Shown here piece by piece: positions 1-56,560 of a stretch of 64,000 nucleotides of DNA. Made by a program: the position numbers and the translations under genes. The notes beneath the pieces are model-generated. The model was not told where the DNA came from and ran no database searches. It worked only from the letters and a program-made list of their open reading frames with translations. Numbering within the stretch: position 1 is the stretch's first letter; every line of letters begins with the position of its first letter. Source of the DNA: Octopus bimaculoides (lineage: Eukaryota); the NCBI RefSeq assembly GCF_001194135.2, contig NC_068998.1, positions 16,622,834 to 16,686,833 on the forward strand, in the 5' to 3' direction.

Positions 1-263
1 AGCCTGTCGTATATATATATGTATGTGTGTGTATATGTATGTGTGTGTATATGTATGTGTGTCTGTGTTTGTCCCCCCAACATCGCTTCACAACCGATGG
101 TGGTGTGTTTACGTCCCCGTAACTTAGCAGTTCAGCAAAAGAGACCGATAGAATAAGTACTAGGCATCCAAAGAATAAGTCCTGGAGTCGATTTGCTCGA
201 CTAAAGGCGGTACTCCAGCATGGCCGCAGTCAAATGACTGAAACAAGTAAAAGAGTAAAGAGT
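1..263 (+). mobile_element. Family-A tRNA-SINE, 3' half
   Basis: Matches the 3' part of the 3197-3572 copy; ends aagtaaaagagtaaagag. Confidence 0.85.
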
Positions 264-1598
264 AACTTTAGTCATTCAGGTACCAACTTTCAGCATCACT
301 TACACAGTCCCTTTCATTTCCATATTTCAATTCTTGCATCTGAAGTTATAGGATCATCGTCTTTTGTTGACACAGAACACAGCTACTTCCCTGAGATGCT
401 ACTGCTTCACTGTTTGGTGTGGATTCCTTAACTGTCTCTGCCACTCTTGCATTTAATTACAAACACATGTATATTGGATTACAAACACACGTAGCATATT
501 GGATTACTTTTAACCATGATGACTGGGAAATAAGCCATAAAGTGCAAGCGAGGGTAATAGTTTCAAAAAGGGGAAAGTAAAAGGATTAGGGCTTGATGTT
601 GGTTTACAAAGTTTGCTGCTGGAGAAAATCTCAGCTGTTACAAATACACTTAAGTTGCAATGGTTACAGCTACTTGACAATGAAAATAAAATTAGGTCAA
701 GTGCTCAACTTCAACTATTGGAAATCTTCCTCACATAAAACTGATATGATGTTTAACATAGAATGGTTCTGAGTCTGTGAATTAATAATCAGAATGGATG
801 TAATTGTGCCAATAAATGTAACAGTTGTTTATACAAAAATTAAAATCTGGTGTGACAGTTTGCAGAAAGAGGAACTGAAGCAGTTTCTGATATAAAGCCT
901 TTTCTGGCTAGTAGATGCTGTTATATAAGATTTAAGAGACACCATATTTTGTATAACACGAAAATGAGCTGTGAAACTGCCAGTGCTGATATATAGAGGC
1001 TACTACTTGTTATCTTGATGGAACTGAGAAAACAAATACATTAAGAAGGTTGCTTGTTAAAGGAAATGCTAAACCTCTATAGTTGGGAAGTGGCTTCTTA
1101 ACCACAATGCCATTCTTCCGCGCACACACGCACGCACACACACACACACACCATTATTATTCTAATGTCCACTTTCCCACGCTTGCATTGGTTAGACACT
1201 TTACCTTTCACCAACTCTCACCTGTTTCCAAGTAAATTAATATCCCTCCATGGCCAGATCATGCTTTTCATTGAAGACTGGAAACAACATTGCTTGTATG
1301 ATGGTGATGCTCATTTACAATCATCATCACAACAAACACACACATACANNNNNNNNNNNNNNNNNNNNNNNNNNNNNNNNNNNNNNNNNNNNNNNNNNNN
1401 NNNNNNNNNNNNNNNNNNNNNNNNNNNNNNNNNNNNNNNNNNNNNNNNNNNNNNNNNNNNNNNNNNNNNNNNNNNNNNNNNNNNNNNNNNNNNNNNNNNN
1501 NNNNNNNNNNNNNNNNNNNNNNNNNNNNNNNNNNNNNNNNNNNNNNNNNNNNNNNNNNNNNNNNNNNNNNNNNNNNNNNNNNNNNNNNNNNNNNNNNN

Positions 1599-1636
<38 letters not shown>

Positions 1637-3027
1637 CCTCATTTATTAGCAATTTGGTAAATCTAGTACTGAGCTCAATATGATTGACTGAACTCTGAAG
1701 ACATGCAGGAGTATGCCCACAATTGACTAATGATAGAAACCAGTAGAATATAGAACTACTTTAAATTAATTACATTGTCTTATTGCTGTTTAGCGCCACA
1801 CCAGACTTGCTCCAAGAGACAGATGCATCCTTTCAATTTGCTTTTTTCCATTTACCTATCTGGGATCATACTATCTAATGTTCTTCCTTCCTTAAGATGA
1901 TAGGGTATAATTTTAGAGATAGTTACCTGCTATTTCTAGCAAACTGAGCAACCATATTGAAGCTCATATGGCTTTTCTTGGTTGTGGTCATCTTTAGTGA
2001 ATCCAGTCTGTTGGTAATCTGTTGCAACCTCGAACAAATATTTCTTCATTTTAATCAGGATAAAGACATGAAAGCTCATTGATCATCATCAGATTAAAGT
2101 AATCTTTTTAGTCTAAGTATATTTAGTTGAGTCTTAAATCAGAGAACAATGGGGGAGGAGCCCCCCCCCCACCCTCCCAGAAAACTCTATTTAATTGGTG
2201 TTTATTAAATATGAAATGATTTCAATGGCTTACATTTTTAGATTTAATGTTTGGTGTTAGTAATTCTAATTTTGTTAAATTTGATAAATATGTTGTGGCT
2301 TGCATGACATAACGTTTTCCAGAAGAATTTTTTTAATGGTTGTTGTCTTTTATTATGTCTTCTTCTACACTTCTAAATTGACATTTGAAATCCAATTGGT
2401 GTACGGATTTGTTAGTTTCAAAGATTATTCCATATATTCCGCCCAACTCCCAGATCAAAGTGACTGCATAGTGCAGCACAATGTGCTTGTGTCTTATGGG
2501 GACTACTTGACATGCTGGATATATAGGAGATCCACAATATCACCATCAATGCAGATTTAGCTACTGTGATCTGTTTCTTAGTGGCATAGCTTCAGTTTTT
2601 CCACTTCAAGCTGCTGTGATGTTCAGCATGGCTGTGTGGTTAAAAAGCTCGATTCCCAGTCATGTGGTCTTAGGTTCAGTCCCACCGTGTTGAACCTTGA
2701 GCAGTTGTTTCCTACTATAGTCCCAGGACAATAAAAGTCTTGACTGAATTTGGTCGATGGCAATTGAAAGAAACCTGTTGTCTATATGTATGTGTTTGTA
2801 TGTGTGTGCATCTGTTTCTGTGTAATCCTTGTAGATGAATGATTTCCAGTGTTCTATGAAAAACGTGTCCAGCTATGGAAAAAACTTACTTTGCTTGGAA
2901 ACAGGTGAGGGTTGTTGACAGGAAGAACATCTTCCTGTAGAAGATCTATCAATTCTGTTTGACCCATGCAAGTATAGAAAAGGGGATGTTCATTGATGAG
3001 TGAGTGAATGACTGAAGTTCAACTTAA

Positions 3028-3603
3028 CCCTTCAGTGTTTGCATTCTATCAAGCAATGCTTATTTATTCTCATTGTTTTGTATTAATCATACATTATGTT
3101 GAAGCTTTGGGATTTTGAAGAGGTAACTGTTAATTATTAGAACGATATTGTAGGGTTGGTGTGAGAGGTCAGTTCTGGCCAGTTTGATAATAAAACGAGT
3201 AGTGGCTGTGTGGTAAGAAGCTTGCTTCCCAACCACATGGCTCCGGGTTCAGTCCCACTGTGTGGCATCTTGGGCAAGTGCTTTCTATTATATCTTTGGG
3301 CCGACCAAAACCTTGTGAGTGGATTTGGTTGACAGAAACTGAAAGAAGCCAGTTGTGTGTGTTTGTGCCCCCCCCTTCCTCCACACCACCACTCGACAAT
3401 CGGCGTTGGTGTGTTTACGTCTCCGTAACTTAGCAGTTTGGCAAAAGAGACTGATATAATAGGCACTGGACTTTAAAAAAAATAACTCCTGGGCTCGATT
3501 TGTTCAACTAAAATGCTTCAAGGCGGTGCTCCAGCATGACTGCAGTCAAATGACTGAAACAAGTAAAAGAATATTTTGGCTGGATATAGCTAATGCCAAA
3601 GGG
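3028..3603. mobile_element. Same TTAA MITE, split by a SINE insertion (3197-3572)
   Basis: Left part 3028-3196 and right part 3572-3603 (ending aaaggg) join into the family consensus. Confidence 0.75.
3197..3572 (+). mobile_element. Family-A tRNA-derived SINE, full length (central core probably the Meta domain)
   Basis: A box TGGCTGTGTGG, B box GGTTCAGTCCC, core ccttgtgagtggatttgg..gacagaaactgaaagaagcc. Related copies near 2625-2990, 6040-6400, 14770-15140, 45960-46565(-), 47080-47250(-) and 48975-49570. Confidence 0.85.
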
Positions 3604-3725
3604 CTAAGCAACCACATAGCTACATATTGGAAAATATCTGGAATATGTTAATCAAATCAAATCAATTGAAATAATGATGATGACCTTTATGTAGTTTTAT
3701 GAAAAAATACATTGCATTTACTTAA

Positions 3726-4110
3726 CCCTTTCGTTACCAAACCGCCCAAAGCCGCCCGAAAAAAATTTTGGTTCATGTGACCAAGCCGCCCAAAACCACC
3801 CGTAATCACCTATTCATATTTAAATGAGAATATCTGAGCAAATCTCGTTAGTACATTCGTGAAAACACGTGATTATTTGTGTAAACAGTTCAGCTATAGT
3901 TTTGTACGACGATCAACGTGTTTTTTTAATTTTGTGAATTTTGGGAGATTTTTTTCCAAATTTGTTCCTGTTGTGTTTTCAAAATTTGTAATCCTGACAA
4001 AAAAATGGATACGAATTTTATTCTGTCAAGCAGCGAGTCAGAATTCGAAGGATTTTCCGTTGAAAACCTTGATAAATCTAACTCTGTAACCGCAAAATAT
4101 TTTAAGACAT
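3726..4110 (+). mobile_element. 5' fragment of a piggyBac-type transposon
   Basis: TTAA|CCCTTTCGTTACC terminus, subterminal gccgccc repeats, then ATG...SSSESEFEGFS, an acidic N-terminus typical of piggyBac transposases. No right end seen. Confidence 0.6.
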
Positions 4111-4669
4111 TCTTTGTGTGTTTACTGTCACTAATACTTTTTCTTTCCTTATCTTATTAGTAAAGCTAGTTCATATTAAAGGTTGCTTCGTTGTTAATGA
4201 ATTGGCAGAATTGAGGTAATGGTCCAGCTCTTTACATTTTTAGTTCAGATCCCATTGAGGACAGCTATACTTTTCAGTTTTCTGAGGTTTATAACATAAA
4301 GTGGTAGTCAAGTACTGGACTCACTTGACTAAGTTCCTCCTCCAGACTTTGTTTCCATATGTTAAGAATAATTAACTTGCTATTTAACTGAAACTTTCAT
4401 GTAGTGATTAATAGTTTCACAATAAGTTTTTATTTTCTTTCTCTTTCCTTTTCCACTCCTCTTTTGATCTTCAGTCATTATTACAGTAATGGCCAGTTTA
4501 GCTTCTGTTTTTAGCACACCAACACATCTCCAAAACAACTTTTCTCTTTCTATTTTCTGCTTTGTGTTTTATCATTTGTAAGGTCTAGTTCTCTTTAGAG
4601 CTGCTTTTTCCCTAGGTCCAATAAAATACTGGCATAGCTGGTGGTTTTCTTTGAAATCAATTTGGATAA

Positions 4670-5250
4670 TAATAATGATAATGTTTTCTTTGTTGGCCAC
4701 ATAAGCCTACATAGAACATACAGGGACACAAATACAAAGGCAGGTTTACTGAGTAAACATATAAAACAATAACAAAAATTAACAATAAAATTAAACAAAT
4801 ACAATTCCCTAATAGGGGGAAGACTATTAAGACATGATTAATACAAAACATGCAAACCCCACAGAAAATTACGGTTTCCCTAACCACTCAGGCAAGTGTT
4901 TCCTCTTTCTTTTACTCCACTCAGAAGCGCATGCTCAGAGCAGGCCTGTTCACATGAACCATGCTCGCTACTCTTGTCCACCTTTCAATAAATTTGCTAG
5001 AAGCAGGCACCTCCCTCTCCATTCTGATCCACCTCTTCAAGTGGAACCTGAAAAAGTCGATCAGAGATTTGCCAGAGAGGAAAATGTCTATCTTCAGCCC
5101 TTTCAGTCTTGTCCACCACATAACCGCTTTTGCCACGGCCACCAGGCAGATGAAAACTGCCTGGCCTTCCCGACCAAAGGAAGAGGGCAGAGCAATCTTA
5201 ACAATAGACTCAGTTGATAGCCGGATCCGTGCGACACGTGACTATTTTGG
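4670..5250 (-). mobile_element. 3' fragment of an L1/Tx1-like LINE (ORF2 C-terminus, 3' UTR and tail)
   Basis: Minus frame ...VAVAKAVMWWTRLKG...FFRFHLKRWIRMERE...FIERW...* matches the post-zinc-finger end of L1/Tx1 ORF2. Followed by a T-rich UTR and an aacaaagaaa/(att)n tail. Confidence 0.6.
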
Positions 5251-6641
5251 ATAATAATAATAATAATTGTTTCAAATTTTGGCACAAGGCCAGCAATTTT
5301 AGGAAAGGGAAATAGTCAATTATATTAACCCTGGTGTTCAACTGGTACTTATTTTATTACTTGAAAAGGTGAAACAAAGTTGACCTTATGGAATTTAATC
5401 TCAGAATGAGAAGAGCTGGAGCTACTAAGCATTTTGTCTGACATACTAACAATTCTGCAGCAGCAATAATAATAATAATAATTATTATTATTAATTCAAA
5501 ACAACAACAATAATAAAAACAAGTTATAATTTAGTGATAATAGATTTCATGTATGATGATATTGTATAGGATACAATATTTGTTATTAGTGTTTTTATTT
5601 GTTTTCCTTACACATGTATAAACCCTTCATTATGGTAATTAAAGATGAATAATAATGATGTAGTGATATAGTTTTAGATTTTAGTTTGTATTCATGTATT
5701 TTTTTGTCTTGCATGTCTTTGCATTGACACTGCTTTGGTTGTTGGTATATTACATCTCCCGTAAACAATAAACTTGGAAGCTTGATATACATAGACATGG
5801 AATAAAATCCCTTATAAAGTAGTACCCTGGTAAGCAGCCATGGAACACTGCCATACAGAGCCTTGTCCAACGTATGTCAGTATACAAAAATGCAATAAAA
5901 CTAATGATAATCTTCTATTTCGTTCTATGTGTATATTGTATATTCTGTGATTTAATTGATAGTAAATTTGAATGTTCATTTTTTTTTTTCATCTGAATGT
6001 TTCATTTCTATTTTACTATTATGAAGAATTTTTTTTATGAATGCTTCTCTACCACATGCTATTGTGTTCAATCCCACAGTGCAGCACCTTAGGCAAGTGT
6101 CTTCTACTAAAATGGTGAGCCAAACAAAGCCTTGCAAATGGATTTGGAAGGCAGAAACTGAAAAAAAGCTGTTTGTGTGTGTGTGTCCGTGTCCTTGTCA
6201 ACATTGCATGATGGTTGTAAACGGGTTTCATTGTCATACAAGCAGTGTCATTTCCAATATTGTGTAAAGACATATCTGGCTGTAGGGAATTTTTAGCTGG
6301 TTTAGAGAAAGATGGGTGTTGGCAACAGGAAGACATCTGGCTATAGAAAACCAGTGTTAGTAAACTCTGTCCAACTCAATGATAAAAGTGGATGTTAAAA
6401 TGATCATGAATGGTAATGAAAATGTATAATAATTTTACTGTCTTCGAAATTTATGGTGAGATTTAAGAATTGGCTCCTAGAACTACTATACTTGAGAGAA
6501 AATCATACATAGTTCATATTAAAAAGATAATATATTTTTATGCTGCTTGTTAGAAGTTGATGTGACTTCTGAAGAAATTGGAACCTTTTTTTTTTTTTAA
6601 TGAAGCCTTGTTTTATGTATTTTATTTTTTTTATTTTCCAG

Positions 6642-51760
<45,119 letters not shown>

Positions 51761-52237
51761 NNNNNNNNNNNNNNNNNNNNNNNNNNNNNNNNNNNNNNNN
51801 NNNNNNNNNNNNNNNNNNNNNNNNNNNNNNNNNNNNNNNNNNNNNNNNNNNNNNNNNNNNNNNNNNNNNNNNNNNNNNNNNNNNNNNNNNNNNNNNNNNN
51901 NNNNNNNNNNNNNNNNNNNNNNNNNNNNNNNNNNNNNNNNNNNNNNNNNNNNNNNNNNNNNNNNNNNNNNNNNNNNNNNNNNNNNNNNNNNNNNNNNNNN
52001 NNNNNNNNNNNNNNNNNNNNNNNNNNNNNNNNNNNNNNNNNNNNNNNNNNNNNNNNNNNNNNNNNNNNNNNNNNNNNNNNNNNNNNNNNNNNNNNNNNNN
52101 NNNNNNNNNNNNNNNNNNNNNNNNNNNNNNNNNNNNNNNNNNNNNNNNNNNNNNNNNNNNNNNNNNNNNNNNNNNNNNNNNNNNNNNNNNNNNNNNNNNN
52201 NNNNNNNNNNNNNNNNNNNNNNNNNNNNNNNNNNNNN
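51761..52237. other. Assembly gap hiding the CARM1 stop codon
   Basis: N-run directly after GCT GTC T. Other gaps near 1349-1598, 8578-8586, 10992-11047, 19818-19827, 32733-33615, 37377-37690, 50731-51012, 53253-53299, 57993-58254 and 59384-59834. Confidence 0.99.
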
Positions 52238-53989
52238 GATATATCCAAGCTTATTTCAGGTACATCACAAATTCATGTGAACATACACCACCACTACCAC
52301 ACATCACTTAAAAGAATTTGAGAAAAGTCTCTTTCTCTCTTTCACATACACACATGCATATCCAAACATAATCTCTGTCTCTCTTTTTCTTTCCCCAAAT
52401 ACCACATTCATCCATAGACACATTGAAGACATTATTGTTTGGAAATGGGGGAAAACAAAAAAATGTTTTCCAGCCAGAATTTTAGAAGTTTTACTGAAAA
52501 GAAAAGAAAAAAAAAAAAATACCAAGGTTTAAAAAATTAAAAAACAAAACAAAAAGAAGAAAAAAAACACCCACCATTAAATAAAAATGACAAAAAAGAA
52601 AAGTCAAAGAAGAATATATAGCAGATTGAAGGATTTCTTATCAACAAGCAGCAAGTTATAGTCAAAGGGCTTTTTTTTCCCCCCAAGGAAACTGAAGACA
52701 ACAAAGAAACAAATGTTGACATTTTAGATTCAGGTATAACCTCATACACACACATAGACACAGACACATGTGTATGTATATATAAATATATACATACATA
52801 CATACATACATACATACTTATTTATATTGCACATATATTTGTTTCATACACAGAATGTTTTTAGGGGTTCTGAGCATTTTAGTTTATTATTATTATTACT
52901 AAGATGATAAGCTGGCAGAATTGTTTGTAAACCTGGCAAAATGCTTGGCAACATTTCGTCTGTCTTTACGATCTGAGTTCAAATTCCACCAATGTCGACT
53001 TTACTTTCATCCTTTTAGGTCAATAAAATAAGTACCAGTTGAGTCCTGCCCCAAAATTGCTGGCCTTGTGCCAAAGTTTGAAACCATTATCATTTTTACT
53101 GTTATGCTAGATTTGACACAACAAAAGAGCATTTTGTTTCTTATCCTAAAATCCATTTTATTTATTTTGTACCGCCACGGAAAAGTATATGCAGACTGCC
53201 ACCCCCGTCCTTTATTTCTCCCTTCCTCTGTGTGTATGTGTGTCTATATATANNNNNNNNNNNNNNNNNNNNNNNNNNNNNNNNNNNNNNNNNNNNNNNA
53301 TATATATATATATATATATATAGAGTCAAATAATTATTACCTGGTGAGAAATTGCATAGTAATGTAAAACAACAACTTTGTATAAACATATATATATATA
53401 TATATAGTTGAGTAATTCAGCTTAACTTCCTTCAGTCAGCTGACCTGCAAAACTACTTTTAGCAATGTATACAGTGAGATCTATACATGATATATATTTG
53501 AATATATACACATATATCTAAGTAGGCATTACTTAATAGTACACACACTCACATAACCTTTGTTCCTGTCTCTAGCTTTTGATGTAGCAGCCTTTTTTTT
53601 TTTCATCCTCTTTATATTCATATTTCACACATTAAAAATAATACTCCACATCCCACCAAATTAGCAAACATCAATTGATTGTCTGCTTTGAAAGGATTTA
53701 CTGCATCAAATTCAAATGTGTGTTTGTGTATTTCTTTATTTGTCATGTTTCTTATAATGCTGGATATGGTGATCCTTACTTCATTGCAGTGTTACTTATG
53801 AAATCTTGTATCTTGGAAACTAAAACCCTCATCTCTCCTCAAAACCATTGGATTATTTGTGTATGTGTGTTGTTATTTTCTAATTTGCTACTGGCTTAGA
53901 CTCACTGTGTGTAGTGTGTGTGTGTGTGTGTGTGTGTGTTTAGTTACGCACCAAGTATTCACTCTGTGTGTGCGTGCGTGTATAAAATA

Positions 53990-54154
53990 CAAGATGGGCC
54001 AAAAGTCATGTACCAAGATAAGTCATATTTATATTGCACATTTCAAAACGATTTTTCTGAAATTGAATAAAATAAAATAATGATGAACAAAACAAATAAC
54101 AAAATATAAATAAAATGTCAACTGTGTTAGTTGCATGACTTTTTGTCCATCCTG
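53990..54154. mobile_element. 165-bp Tc1/mariner-type MITE
   Basis: TA|CAAGATGGGCCAAAAGTCATG...CATGACTTTTTGTCCATCCTG|TA: imperfect 21-bp TIRs with TA duplication. Confidence 0.75.
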
Positions 54155-54170
54155 TATATATATATATATG

Positions 54171-54295
54171 AGAGAATGTACGAAAAAAACAACAGGCGAA
54201 GACAGGTGGTGTAAACAACAAATGGATGTATTAGTTTAACGCTCGGGAATAGAGAAAGTCTTTGACGTTTTGAGCTACGCTCTTCAACTGCAAGG
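54171..54295 (-). mobile_element. Probable Penelope-like element terminal-repeat fragment
   Basis: Minus strand reads ttgaagagcgtagctcaaaacgt, resembling the hammerhead-type core of PLE repeats. Family call is from recall. Confidence 0.4.
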
Positions 54296-54639
54296 AACAC
54301 AGAAAGAAATAGTGTGTGTGCGTGTACATAGAGTAAATGTGTGTTTGTTTATATATATAAATAAAACACATAGTTTCTATATGTATGTATAGATAGATAG
54401 ATGTATATATAAATGTGTGTGTATGTATCAAATTTTTATTTTATTTTATTAAAATCAGTTTTGAGTTGATACAAGGAACTAAAGGATTGACATTTTTCTA
54501 TACGTAGCGTTACTTTTTTGTTTTTAACCTGAAAAGAAAACTTTTAAAAGAAATGATAGAAAAAAAAATTGAAAAGGAACAAAATAATTGAAATTGGTCA
54601 AAATTTTGGATATTTAATATTTTTATAACTTCTCAAGAT

Positions 54640-55020
54640 AATTCCTTTATTTTGGAAGTCGAATCCCACCAAGAATTACTTTTGCCTTTCCTCCTTTTGG
54701 GGCTGTTAAAATAAAATATCAATCAATTACTGAGGTTAATGTAATTGACTTGCTACCCACTCCTCTCAAAGTTGCTGGCTTTTTATCAAGATTAGAAAAG
54801 TATTATTATTATTGTTATTAAGGTGGTGATCTGGCAAAATGCTTTGTGGTATTTCATCCATCTTTACATTCTGAGTTAAAATTCTGCCAAGGTTGACTTT
54901 GCCATTCATCCTTTCGAGGTTGATGAAATAAGTACCATTTGAGTACTGGGGTTGATGTAATTGACTTACCCCATCCCACCAAATTTCAGGCCTTGTGCCT
55001 ATAGTAGAAAGGATTATTAT
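54640..55020 (+). mobile_element. Tandem family-B SINE pair
   Basis: Two units separated by an (att)n tail. Confidence 0.75.
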
Positions 55021-56308
55021 TGTTAATTATTGGATGATGATTCAGTTAGCTACATTCCTCTAAATTTTGTCTTAGCATGCTAATGAAGGAAATCCTTATT
55101 ATTGTATTACAGTAATAGTAATAATAATTATTATTGTTACTACTTATTATTATGTATTTAGAATTAAAATGAAAAATAACCACAAATTCCTCTGTGATGG
55201 GGTTTGGTTTATGTTTGGTGCTGCCAGACAAACTGATGAGAATAACTGAAGGAAATAGCATTGTGTAACAACATAACAGACTGTGTTGCTCTTTTGTATT
55301 ACTACACTGAGCCACAGCTAGCTTCAGTTAGTTGGTGGATATGCCAACGTGGCTGCCTGAAGAAGAGTAAACATGTTGTATTCTGTCATCAGTGTTGTTC
55401 TATGTATGCTCTATAGCCAAAACCCTTGATTCTTTCTTTCTCAGTCTGCCCAACTGGGATGCAGTGTGAGCCCTGAGAAATTTACGAGTTGTTTTGGTTG
55501 GTTGGTGTGCTGAGCTTTAAGATCTTTTCATTTGATATATGTAACTTGGTTGAGAGCCTGTTCTGAAGTCAACGGGAATGGTTACTCTTTGCATGAAATA
55601 AATGAAGATTGACTGGTTGGTTGATTGTTGGGTAGATTTAGATGTTATGTTTCCCCAGATAAATATATTTTAAAAAAAAATAAAGACAGCGAGTGGGATT
55701 AATTTAGATTTTATTGATTCTTATGCTTTATAAAGAAATTCTTCTTGAGACAAAAAAGAAGTATCTTTGGGCACTGAGCATTGTCTGCCTGCTGTGTGTC
55801 ACTAGTGACTTATGTTGGCTGTGCAGTATTTGACCATCCAGTTGCTGTGTCAAGTCAGTGTATAAATATTAGACTCAGTCAAAATTTCTTAACATTCATC
55901 TCTAGCTACATATATACATGAGTACATACATGCATACACATTCTTTTCTTAATGTGGAATGTGTGCCATGTAGCCTGAGGAAGCAACTGTATATTTCTTT
56001 CTGATTTAATGTTTTTTTGGGGGTTTTTTTTCTAATCACAAATACAAAACTAAAGACCTGAGTTCAAATTCTGGTGTGGGCAAAACTGACTAGTATCTTT
56101 AATTCAGAAAGGAAGAAGCAGCAATAAACGAACAGTAGCATCTCTCATCCATTTAGTGTCATAAATTAGAAATCAAGAAATATTTCAGTATATGGGTATT
56201 GCTTGGTAGTAGCAGTGGATGAGAAAAGAAAAGCTTGTTGGAAAAGTGGTAGTTAAATTAGTTCTTGCTAGTGGCCTATATTAATTATTTTGTTCATATA
56301 TATATATT

Positions 56309-56560
56309 TGTGACACTTATTCAGTGGCCATGATAAAACTCTGAGTTTCGGATGCCAGGGTGAGGGGGTCCAGCCATTGAAAATTCCTTTGAAAAATGAC
56401 TGTTAAAAGCAAAGGGAAATATAAGTTTTCCCTTTGCTTTTAGCGGTCATTTTTCAAAGGAATTTTCAATGGCTGGATAACTGAAGAGATGTTGGGCTGG
56501 ACCCCCCACCCTGGCATCCGAAACTCGGAGTTTTATCATGGCCACCGAATAAGTGTCACA
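56309..56560. repeat. 252-bp near-perfect fold-back (MITE-like palindrome)
   Basis: ~110-bp arms (56309-56419 vs 56427-56560), ~7-nt loop, one 24-nt bulge in the right arm. Confidence 0.9.

Noticed and set aside
1165-1683. Long ORFs containing X runs (also at 32643-33692, 37298-37693, 50685-51125, 57895-58311, 59145-60059)
   Set aside because: Artifacts of N gaps and (TA)n microsatellites being read as open frame.
4834-5254. Plus-strand ORFs of 127 and 97 aa as candidate CARM1 exon 1
   Set aside because: They are the antisense shadow of the L1/Tx1 ORF2 fragment, with no CARM1 similarity or suitable donor.
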